From the sequence record KX689784: 39,024 nucleotides of DNA. One strand, written 5' to 3'. This DNA comes from Escherichia phage JSS1. The position numbers and the translations under genes were made by a program. The notes beneath the pieces were generated by a model. It was given only the letters and a program-made list of their open reading frames with translations. It was not told the DNA's origin and made no database searches. Positions 9,401 to 16,951 of this stretch are shown here, in pieces. Numbering within the stretch: position 1 is the first letter of the stretch; each line of letters begins with the position of its first letter.

Positions 9401-10315
9401 CTGAGCACCAATCCCGGCCTTGGCCTTCTCTTGGTCCAACTTCTGGTTCTCAAGCGCCAAGTTAATAAGCTCGGTCAGGTTCTGAGGGGAGCCACCAGTA
9501 ATGACCCCGTAATACTGAGGAAGAACTCCAGCGTTACGAATCTGGTCCAGCTCCTCACGAGACCACTTATGGTTGTTCCAGCGGGTCGGGTTGAACACAT
9601 CGCCAATGACATCAAGTGAGTCCTCGGTCTGACCAGCGCGGATAGCCACGCCGACCATAGAGTTCTTCACTTCAGATTCTGTAGCAGAACCAAAACCGAA
9701 CCACGTAGAGCGGTCCTCTCGTTCCTGCATGGTCTCGCCAGTAGACTTATAGAACATCTCACCGAACGATTCGTTGGGAGCTTCAGGTGCTTGACCCTCA
9801 ATGTTCAGACCAGCAGCGGTCGGAAGGTTCTCACCAAGAGCTACTTTAGGTTTAGCCTTGAGTCCTTCCGTGAGTGCGTCAAATACGTTAGCGCTTACTG
9901 GTGGAGTCTTTGGGCTAATGCCATTGAGTGCTCGTGCGACTCCCTTCTGATAGACTTCAGGGTCGTACCGGGAGCCTGTCTCATGGAAGCTGATAGCTTG
10001 AGCCAGAGAAGACAGGGTGTCAGGGTCCGATAGGTCGAGACTCTGGGTAGCTGGAATACCAGTTGCAGCCACCACTGAGTCAATATAAGCCTTAGTGTCG
10101 TTCTCGTTAGGAGGTGCCCATCGGTTGATAATCTTCTCGATGGAGTCATAACCTTGGCGACCGTAGGACAGCAGGTTTTTACCTAAAGCTCGGACGCCAG
10201 ACTCTGGACTATCGAATGTGACGAATGCGCCATCATCTCCAGTCATTCCTTCCCATTGGTCCTTACTTACCCGGATGTTACCCGGATTGTTATTGCGAAT
10301 ACCACGAGTCGCCAT
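6428..10315 (-). CDS. 16: Internal virion (core) protein D (T7 gp16 homolog) with a divergent N-terminal domain
   Basis: Extensive similarity to T7 gp16 from about residue 200 onward (STWFGFG, PTRWN, GAGVDPL, EARETARN, SPTGMQSGASGK, FLEARNLFDSD, ALSRSS). ATG at 10315 with AAGGAG RBS; the track start at 10333 is a TTG extension. The first ~120 aa (GIRNNNPGNIR...) differ from the T7 gp16 transglycosylase region. Confidence 0.9.
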   Translation of the reverse strand: MATRGIRNNNPGNIRVSKDQWEGMTGDDGAFVTFDSPESGVRALGKNLLSYGRQGYDSIEKIINRWAPPNENDTKAYIDSVVAATGIPATQSLDLSDPDTLSSLAQAISFHETGSRYDPEVYQKGVARALNGISPKTPPVSANVFDALTEGLKAKPKVALGENLPTAAGLNIEGQAPEAPNESFGEMFYKSTGETMQEREDRSTWFGFGSATESEVKNSMVGVAIRAGQTEDSLDVIGDVFNPTRWNNHKWSREELDQIRNAGVLPQYYGVITGGSPQNLTELINLALENQKLDQEKAKAGIGAQLAAGVIGAGVDPLTYVPIAGQVGKGGKLVNKMFTVAAQSGALAGVSEMARTSVAGGDAHVAEAILGGALFGGGMTAIADGLGRALGRNTNEFAGPATRLEARETARNVDGQDLSRLPIQEGEQTFSHQGVKFADVPNEPGSVRLEDGSILIGENLLNPKTRQVFDEVIEPERAAAGVNLGGLTEIGLKLLRSENPEIRGVAADLVRSPTGMQSGASGKIGTTASDVFERLRAVDHRFYNDIDDAVTEALKDPYFQTAFWRDSGAFRQDVYQRVSMAIEDGSGNLKAELTPGELKVYDLLKNQFDAKREMMENPAMFGRPDAQSIFPGSRFKGTYVPHVYSNQMKELYIKELGSPEALQEAIKKSWLTSYASRPEVKKRVDEALLESDPTLTPEGLAAAVDKYANDKAYGISHTEKFERSSVMEENINGLVGLENNSFLEARNLFDSDMSIVLPNGQTFSVNNLREWDMDKIVPAYNRRVNGDIAIMAGTGKTTKDMKDLVETMMNKAGDDGKLKGEVSTLRDTLKILTGRARRDGADDAAFATVMRTMTDLSFFAKNAYMGVQNLTEIGGMLARGNVRALLHGVPMFRDLAFRNKKVGASEIKDLHNVLFGKELDDSIRPSKQDVIDRLRSYSDLGRGTATALGTAKYYTGELAVRSPFTKVLNGTTNYLLDAGRQGFLSDIVEHSLTGSKRRFDDRWLKTAGISDEQWKGIKSLIRESVTRGPDGKYTIKDKKAFSQDPRAMDLWRMGDTIADETLLRPYKLSNMDAKAYGPIAKTVLQFKNFVIKSINGRTMRTFYNATKNNRAMDAALSTVMSMGLSGIYYMAQAHVKAYAMQDGRDREYLKQALDPTMIGYAALSRSSHLGGPLGVANILGGIAGYEDTKMLRSSILPRSPTEKPERAFTYGASTSDPVMNIVGNFLEQVPAFGYAANVGASAYNLAGYLKADTRVNERDYMTGMYNTFRELVPNDPITQKLLLGTFEEQGIHIKD

Positions 10316-10319
10316 TATG

Positions 10320-12602
10320 TTACTCCTTACCAATTAGTACGTTTGCGATACCCTCCAGTGAGACGTCATTGTACACCCCACCGCGCTTCTCGATGTTGGC
10401 CTCTTGGTCAGCTCGACGTTTGTCACCAGCAGCTTTAGTCCCGACGATACGCGCTCGCTTGTTAGCGTCACGTTCTGCCTGAGCGTATGCGGCATCTTGT
10501 GCCTTCTGCTGTTGTTCGCGGTAGAGTTTACCTACAAGTTCTTTATCGTATCGAATACGAATAGTCCCTGTAGCGTCTTGGAGGAAGATAGAGCCGTTCT
10601 GTTCAACAACGGACAACTGAGAGTTCACTACCCAAGGGTTGGCCTTAATGAGCTGCTTGCGAGCTATGTCGATGATGTCTCGACCCACCTTCCAAGACTC
10701 AGGGTCATCCCCGACCATAAGTTGATGATGGGACACCATGCCGATGGACTTACCATCCTGACCATCATCGGTGAAAGTAACGGTGTTTTCATTCAACCAC
10801 TTCTGGGTATGCTGAGTGGCTCCGTCAGCGTTACCTGTCCTGTAGTACCATGAGTCCCAGACCTTACGAGCAGTTGAGTCCAGAGACGTTGGAAGACGCG
10901 AAAGGTCCTTATTCCGAGAGTCGTTCTTCAACTCCTGCCACGCCTTGTCTGACTCAATGCGCATCTCACGGCTTTGACTTGCAGCTTGTTTATCAGCTTC
11001 AATCAGCGTCTGAGGGTCCAGACCTATCTTGTCCATCTGCTCGAAAGTCGTGAACAATTGGGCCTGCTCAGGATACAGAGCAGCAAAACTTGAAGGGTCC
11101 TGAGTGTAGGCACGACGAAGAGACTCGAAGCGTTTCATCTTATCTGGGTCGTACTGTCCACGGATGACCGCAGCTTGCCACTCACCATCAGCATCCTGAG
11201 TAAGAGTCTGGAAGGCGTTACGGAATGGGCCATTGTTGGTATCAGCTCTTAACAATGCCACCTTCTGAGCATCCTTAGCAGCCTCAGGGATGTCCATCTG
11301 GTCAATCTGCTGTAGCTTGGCAGACGCATAGTTGTTCATGTCTGAACGCTTAAACTCTCCTGTAGCTTCAGAGACCGGAAGGTCCTCATAGTTGGTGGAC
11401 ACGTTGTCACCAGCCAGACGTCGCTGATAAACTTGGTCTATGACCAGTTGCTTGTTCTGGGTCTGGATTAACTTAGTGTTCTCCTTCGCCTGTTCAGCGG
11501 ACTTACGCTTGACCGCTTCCAGTAAGCTGGCTTCGGCATTAATAAGCATCTGACGCTGAGGCGTTAGTTCTTCACCAGACTGAAGCAGGTTGTTCTGCTC
11601 CTTGAGTTTCTGAATCTGGGCAAGACCAATGGTTGGGTCATCCTGAAGAATCGCAGACTGAACGCCTAACGCTAAGTCTTCCTGATACTTAGCCACCAGC
11701 TTGTACTCAGTTCCTTGTGCCTCAACAATAGCAGCGTTGAAGACATCAGGTCCCACAATCTCTTCGACTGTAGCGTCCACACCGTTAAGGGTGATTCGCT
11801 CGCCTCGTACTTGCTGTAGGAAGTTTGAGCCGCCAGACTTCTGGATTGCGTCACGGACCGTCTGGGTAATTACCTCTCGTGCTCGCTGGTCAGAAGGGAT
11901 AGCAGCAGTCGTCAGTCCATCCCGAAGATAGGCCATGAAGGTCTTTCCAGACTCAGGCGAACGCATCAGGTCCCCATCGTTAAGGAACGAGTTCATCTCA
12001 ATACGAGTGTTCAACATTGCTGTCTCTTCAGACTGCTTGCTGAAATACTTATTGAAAGATCCATAGATAGCGATGTTGCGGTCTGTGATGTTATCGTTGA
12101 ACCCACGCTGGAAGAACTCATCGGTAGGGTTAATGCCCGCCTCTTCAGCATAGGACTTAGCGGCATCCTGAAGTCGCTGGTGGCGATACTCTTCCATGTC
12201 CTGACGTGTGCGGAACTCACCGTTCTGAATCTTAACGTTAATCTCGTCATCCACCGCAAAGGCAGCGTTACGACCGGTCTTTACTCGAAGTGCTTCCATA
12301 GCGTAAGGGTCATCCTGATACAGCAATGTGCCGTTCTGGATAGCCTCACGTCTTTGCTGAGGTGTCAGCTTACGGATAATCTCGTTAGACCGGTCGTCAG
12401 CTCTGGTCTTCTCATCGTCCTTGAACTGCTTGTATAGTCCAGTACCAGACTCAACGAAGTTGGTTAACGCCCGAGCCAGGCCTGAGTCACCAGTTGGAGC
12501 CTGAACGCTGGCTGCTTGATAGTTGACGGCGATAGTTTTACCCGGCGCTCTGCCACGACCCATAGTCCGATTAGCCAGAGCTGATTCAATATTACTAGCC
12601 AT
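10320..12602 (-). CDS. 15: Internal virion (core) protein C (T7 gp15 homolog, 760 aa)
   Basis: Size and position between gp14 and gp16; GAGGAGG RBS before ATG at 12602. Confidence 0.85.
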   Translation of the reverse strand: MASNIESALANRTMGRGRAPGKTIAVNYQAASVQAPTGDSGLARALTNFVESGTGLYKQFKDDEKTRADDRSNEIIRKLTPQQRREAIQNGTLLYQDDPYAMEALRVKTGRNAAFAVDDEINVKIQNGEFRTRQDMEEYRHQRLQDAAKSYAEEAGINPTDEFFQRGFNDNITDRNIAIYGSFNKYFSKQSEETAMLNTRIEMNSFLNDGDLMRSPESGKTFMAYLRDGLTTAAIPSDQRAREVITQTVRDAIQKSGGSNFLQQVRGERITLNGVDATVEEIVGPDVFNAAIVEAQGTEYKLVAKYQEDLALGVQSAILQDDPTIGLAQIQKLKEQNNLLQSGEELTPQRQMLINAEASLLEAVKRKSAEQAKENTKLIQTQNKQLVIDQVYQRRLAGDNVSTNYEDLPVSEATGEFKRSDMNNYASAKLQQIDQMDIPEAAKDAQKVALLRADTNNGPFRNAFQTLTQDADGEWQAAVIRGQYDPDKMKRFESLRRAYTQDPSSFAALYPEQAQLFTTFEQMDKIGLDPQTLIEADKQAASQSREMRIESDKAWQELKNDSRNKDLSRLPTSLDSTARKVWDSWYYRTGNADGATQHTQKWLNENTVTFTDDGQDGKSIGMVSHHQLMVGDDPESWKVGRDIIDIARKQLIKANPWVVNSQLSVVEQNGSIFLQDATGTIRIRYDKELVGKLYREQQQKAQDAAYAQAERDANKRARIVGTKAAGDKRRADQEANIEKRGGVYNDVSLEGIANVLIGKE

Positions 12603-12613
12603 TAGTCCTCCTC

Positions 12614-13201
12614 TTAGCTATGACCTGTAGGTGTGCCTTTAGCAGCACTAATTGGTGCAGAACCACCAGAGCTGGACTCTCCAGAGATTGACTTACCAGC
12701 GGCGTAGCCTTGCATCCCGGCGGTAGCAACATTAAGTGCATGAGCCAGTGGGCTGGTCTTGATAATTTTACCTTGACCACGGATAGCAGACTTGGTGTTC
12801 TCAATGTTGGCGATACGGTTCCCGAAGATAGCCGCATAGTCGCGGTTGTAACTTTCGGTAATCCCTGCTCGCTCCTTGACTGTATCTCCTGCGACCTGAC
12901 GTTCAATCCTGTCCATAGAGTTACCTTCCAGACCTGACTCAGCCACCGCAGCTCGGACCATACCCTGATTGCGGATACCGTTGAGTGTGGTCTCTGTCAG
13001 TTCAGCCATCTGCTGCTCCTTCAGGTCTCGCTCCTGCATCTTCAGGTTCGCGTCAGAGTAGTTCATCTGCTTAACCATTTCCTGAGCCTGTCGGTTCTGA
13101 GCGTCAATTGCTGCACCTTCGGCCTTGGCCTGCTGGGATGCGGACATAGTGGCCCCGGCTGTAGCCATGATACCCATGCCGATACTTACGGGTTCACACA
13201 T
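12614..13201 (-). CDS. 14: Internal virion (core) protein B (T7 gp14 homolog, 195 aa)
   Basis: Starts MC..., has GSSMDRI and a C-terminal KGT.TG tail as in T7 gp14. AAGGAGG RBS. Confidence 0.85.
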   Translation of the reverse strand: MCEPVSIGMGIMATAGATMSASQQAKAEGAAIDAQNRQAQEMVKQMNYSDANLKMQERDLKEQQMAELTETTLNGIRNQGMVRAAVAESGLEGNSMDRIERQVAGDTVKERAGITESYNRDYAAIFGNRIANIENTKSAIRGQGKIIKTSPLAHALNVATAGMQGYAAGKSISGESSSGGSAPISAAKGTPTGHS

Positions 13202-13656
13202 ACGTCCTCCTTAGAGATAGTGAATAGTTGAAAACGCTCACCAGTTACTGGGCTGATAGTCCAATCATCATGGAACTTAGCCCCAAGCAACTTCAAGAAT
13301 TTAATGTGAGACTTATTGCCTGACCACACGTAGTTCCAGATGGTCCCGTATTGGTCTAACATTAAGTCCCTGTACTCAGAGATACGCTTTATGAACTCTC
13401 GCTTCTCTTTAGGTCTCAGCTTATAGACAAGACCGGAAGTCAAGAACCATACGTTATCACCTTGGTTTCCACCATAGGCAAACACTTCGCCTACACCGTT
13501 CGTTAAAACCACAGATGACGGGGATAAATGCTTAAGCAGTCTTTCAGAGAGACCAACGGTTGACCCATAGTTTGCTTTGCACTCATTAACATCATCTGCT
13601 GAAAGATGCCACAGAAAGTAGTGGACATCTGGTTCCGTAGCCTTGCGAATATACAT
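13186..13656 (-). CDS. 13: gp13-position virion/assembly protein (156 aa)
   Basis: Sits between gene 12 and gene 14 directly downstream of a consensus promoter. AAGGAGA RBS. Identity by synteny only. Confidence 0.55.
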   Translation of the reverse strand: MYIRKATEPDVHYFLWHLSADDVNECKANYGSTVGLSERLLKHLSPSSVVLTNGVGEVFAYGGNQGDNVWFLTSGLVYKLRPKEKREFIKRISEYRDLMLDQYGTIWNYVWSGNKSHIKFLKLLGAKFHDDWTISPVTGERFQLFTISKEDVCVNP

Positions 13657-13685
13657 AAAGTCTCCTTATAACCTTAAGGGCCTAT

Positions 13686-13708
13686 AGTCCCTATAGTGAT
13701 AGTTAAGG
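13686..13708 (-). promoter_or_regulatory. Phage RNAP promoter (phi13-like), consensus class
   Basis: Minus-strand CTTAACTATCACTATAGGGACTATAGG. The +1 region partially repeats the promoter core (CCTATAGTCC-CTATAGTG on the plus strand). Confidence 0.8.
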
Positions 13709-13732
13709 TAAATCTATAGGCCCTTCAATAAG

Positions 13733-16090
13733 TTAGACGGAACGAGCTTTCTTAGCGTATGACGCCTCCCAGCCACACCCAACGATTGACACTGGGGTGG
13801 GATAGTCGGACTCTAAGGTTAGACTCGTGGTTAATGTGTTACCATTCATAGCGAAGCGATACTGCCCGTCACCAATGTTTGTAGTCCCGATGGTTTGCTG
13901 CCCAAGGGTGTACCCGTTGAAGGTATTCACGAACTCCCGCTCACCGTTTCTGACAATGAGTCTCAGAGCGCCAGTGTCTTTGTAGTTTACCCAAGCCCGA
14001 CGAAGCTGTAGACGACCAGTGTCTTCAGACTGAGTGCCACTATCATCTTCAATCTTAATCAGGAACCGTGAGAACTTGTAGGACATCAGATAGGACCGTC
14101 CGATGAACACTGTGCGTCCTGACCAATCGCCGTTGAGGATAACCACAGTAGAGCTACTGGTCAAGTCCCCAAGGTCCACATAAGCACCCTGACTGTCAAT
14201 CAGATAGTACCGACCGGGAGACGGAGCGTTGCCGCCATAAGCAGCACCAATGTCAACCGTAGTCTTATATGCGTCAGCATTATATGAGTCAATTGGAATT
14301 ACCATAGACACCTTGGAGTCAATGTGTAGTCTATATGGCTCTGACGGGAAGTCAGTTGCCTCCTTGATGAACTTAAGGTGCTCAATGTCTACCCCTCCTT
14401 GGTGCTGACGAACGATGAACATGGTAGAGCCAATAGAAGCAGACGCCAGAATCTTATCATCTTTAGGGAACTCCCAGTGTGACCAAGAGGCTTGAAGCTG
14501 TACGCCGTCCTTAAACAAGAACTTGTAGATGTAGATACGGTTGTATGCACCTGTAGAGTTGACGCAGATGTAGTTCTCAGTCCCTGTACCTTGAATATCA
14601 AACACCCCGTTAGGGATGTAGGACAGTACGTGACCAGTTGTATCATCGGCATCCTTCACATCAGACACATCAGCTACAGCGAAGTATCGCTTAATGCTGG
14701 TGAATGACCCACGAGGCGCTGAGAAGAAGACTGAGCGTCCTACAGCGAACGGTCTGGCATTGTCCCCTAGGGCAAACTCTGAGCCTACATCAAGCTGGAT
14801 AGACTTCGAGGTAAGTACCCCAGAGCTTGTCATCACGAACTGAACCTCATCCGACCAAAGTAGTAGCTGCTCGCTAAACGGAACGGCATACTTAAGGATT
14901 GAGATTCGAGGGTTACTTACAGCTACATCAATAGGGTCATCATCACTCAGTGTCGCCACACTCTTAGGGAAGAACGCAAAGTAGCTGGCTGAACGGCTCA
15001 TGATTACGTTCTCACCCGACAAGAACCCAAGTCTGTTCCTGTAGAAGAACACATCATTAATCGTAGCATCAACGAAGCTAGGCATAGGGTTTGTGTCATC
15101 GTTACCAGCACCACGCTTGGACCAATCCAGAGTCTTGAACTCAAAGGAGCCATCAAACTGTCTGACCAGAGCATGTGGCATTGTGGTGACATCGAACCCA
15201 GTTACAACTCCCGGCTCCACTGTCTCCTTCCACGTCTTAGTGTTGGAGTCATACATCACGTAGTATTCATCGGCGCTACTGTTTGTCTCACCTTGAATCT
15301 TAATGATATACCCATTAGGAGCGGCAAGAGGTAGTTTAGAGATTGTCTGCACAGTGTCTAGGACTGGGCTTATTAGCTGGTTAGCGTAGCCATCCTCCGT
15401 CTCCACTGAGTTAATGTCGGTCCCTTCAGGGGCAGTAATTAACAGGAAGCCAGACCCAAGGTCGAACGTGAAAGAAGGATAGGCAGTAACAAGAAGGCCT
15501 CTCAGAGTTGCACCAATGGCTTGAGCGTCAACCTTAGGCGGGTCATTCGCGGCATCGTTACCTGCTGGTAGCTTATGAGAGACCTTAACGCCACCGTTGA
15601 TTCCCACCTTAAGGGTTCGACCATACTGTCCACCACGCAGGTTAATTAAAGCTCGTGCTTTGCGGTTATAACCAGAGTGTGACTTCTCGCTTCCACCTTT
15701 GACTACAACCTTACGGTTAACGACGAACGTATAGTCTGCCACGGTAACGACGCGGATGTCATCTCGCGGGTTGGAGGACTTAACGTAATCTACCGCACCG
15801 GACACTGAGTATTGATTACCACTCAAGTCAACTACCTGAATGTTGGACCCATTGAACACGATGTAATACTGCTCATGCTCGTCACGGTTAATCAGGTGGA
15901 ACTTAGGGTTACTCCCAACGTCGATGTTAAGACGTCTCTTGAAGACTGTAGGTGGGCGCTTCTGGAGACCATCACTCTCGGATGACCAGCAGTTAACCTG
16001 TGCCTCGCCTTGGTCTGAGAACCTCAGTATATCAGGCTGTTGGCTAATACCACCTTTAAGGTTCTTGATTGATTGAGTAATTAGTGGCAT
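13733..16090 (-). CDS. 12: Tail tubular protein B (T7 gp12 homolog, 785 aa)
   Basis: Length and position; AAGGAGGG RBS. Confidence 0.88.
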   Translation of the reverse strand: MPLITQSIKNLKGGISQQPDILRFSDQGEAQVNCWSSESDGLQKRPPTVFKRRLNIDVGSNPKFHLINRDEHEQYYIVFNGSNIQVVDLSGNQYSVSGAVDYVKSSNPRDDIRVVTVADYTFVVNRKVVVKGGSEKSHSGYNRKARALINLRGGQYGRTLKVGINGGVKVSHKLPAGNDAANDPPKVDAQAIGATLRGLLVTAYPSFTFDLGSGFLLITAPEGTDINSVETEDGYANQLISPVLDTVQTISKLPLAAPNGYIIKIQGETNSSADEYYVMYDSNTKTWKETVEPGVVTGFDVTTMPHALVRQFDGSFEFKTLDWSKRGAGNDDTNPMPSFVDATINDVFFYRNRLGFLSGENVIMSRSASYFAFFPKSVATLSDDDPIDVAVSNPRISILKYAVPFSEQLLLWSDEVQFVMTSSGVLTSKSIQLDVGSEFALGDNARPFAVGRSVFFSAPRGSFTSIKRYFAVADVSDVKDADDTTGHVLSYIPNGVFDIQGTGTENYICVNSTGAYNRIYIYKFLFKDGVQLQASWSHWEFPKDDKILASASIGSTMFIVRQHQGGVDIEHLKFIKEATDFPSEPYRLHIDSKVSMVIPIDSYNADAYKTTVDIGAAYGGNAPSPGRYYLIDSQGAYVDLGDLTSSSTVVILNGDWSGRTVFIGRSYLMSYKFSRFLIKIEDDSGTQSEDTGRLQLRRAWVNYKDTGALRLIVRNGEREFVNTFNGYTLGQQTIGTTNIGDGQYRFAMNGNTLTTSLTLESDYPTPVSIVGCGWEASYAKKARSV

Positions 16091-16099
16091 AGGCCCTCC

Positions 16100-16327
16100 T
16101 TAAATCATACTCATTAGGACATATCCTTCAGCGATGTCACCAACGTCAGCAATGTGGACAACCTTACGCGCTACCTGTTGTCCAGTATACCCGTTGTCCC
16201 ACTCATTCAGGATAAGCCAGTCGCCAACCTTAAAGTCCCGGTCGTTAAGTCTCAGCTCTGCTGTCTTTAGACCTAGCTGTACCGGACCAAAGTGCTGGCG
16301 GTGAATCTTCAGGTTGTGACTAGCCAT
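16100..16327 (-). CDS. Small ASCH/PUA-like protein (resembles the DUF3850 family, 75 aa) inserted between genes 11 and 12
   Basis: ATG at 16327 with GGGAGGG RBS, TAATG overlap with the gene 11 stop. Pattern HNLKIHRQHF...LKTAELRLNDRDFKVGDWLILNEWD matches my recollection of DUF3850 proteins. Not in T7. Confidence 0.55.
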   Translation of the reverse strand: MASHNLKIHRQHFGPVQLGLKTAELRLNDRDFKVGDWLILNEWDNGYTGQQVARKVVHIADVGDIAEGYVLMSMI

Positions 16328-16893
16328 TAGTCCCTCCCGATGTCAGACATCATGTTGTAGCGACCAGTGTCCATCTCGTACTCCATAACCTGCTGATAGA
16401 GTTCTGCTTCCTGCTCACGAAGGTATAGCTCTGACTCTGGGCTACCGAAGAACTTAGCGTTGAACTCACGGCTAGCTTTAGTGACGATGTAGTCCCTGAA
16501 GACCACAGGCATCTCGGAGAATGGCTTCATCTCCACAAGCTCTACCGTGATAGGGTCGGTGAAAGTGGTTGACTGAGTGGATAGGTCGTACAGGTATCCA
16601 CCCATGTTGCTGTAGTAGCTGGTGGCCCCAGTGGTCATTACACGAAGGTATGACGGCAGGAATCTAATCCTATTGTCTTGGACATCAGGTGTCAGGACAG
16701 CGGCTTCGTTGATGTTAAAGTTCCAGCCTTTAGCTTGGACCTGACGATTGACACGATGCAGGATACGTTGAGCGTTAGAGACGTCAGCGTTCCCCTCGTC
16801 AAGCTGTAGGACTGCTGGTTCACCGATAGTAGCTAACATATCGTTGATGGCGTCTAAGTCATCGTTAGCATTCAGTGGAATGTATTGAGCCAT
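16327..16893 (-). CDS. 11: Tail tubular protein A (T7 gp11 homolog, 188 aa)
   Basis: Similar to T7 gp11 (INDMLATIGEP, RGW.FNI, RDYIVTKASREFN, MEYEMD). AAGGAGGG RBS. Confidence 0.9.
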   Translation of the reverse strand: MAQYIPLNANDDLDAINDMLATIGEPAVLQLDEGNADVSNAQRILHRVNRQVQAKGWNFNINEAAVLTPDVQDNRIRFLPSYLRVMTTGATSYYSNMGGYLYDLSTQSTTFTDPITVELVEMKPFSEMPVVFRDYIVTKASREFNAKFFGSPESELYLREQEAELYQQVMEYEMDTGRYNMMSDIGRD

Positions 16894-16906
16894 AGGCCCT
16901 CCTTAA

Positions 16907-16946
16907 GCAAAAAAACCCCTCAAGCACCCGAAGGCACCCAAGGGGT
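16907..16946 (-). terminator. Intrinsic terminator (T7 Tphi equivalent)
   Basis: Minus-strand RNA ACCCCUUGGGUGCC-UUCG-GGUGCUUGAGGGG then UUUUUUU: 13 bp stem including G-U pairs, UUCG tetraloop, U7 tract. Immediately after the 10B stop. Confidence 0.8.
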
Positions 16947-16951
16947 TTCAA

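Noticed and set aside
10404-10853. 149 aa plus-strand ORF
   Set aside because: Antisense to gene 15 (core protein C); no start context.
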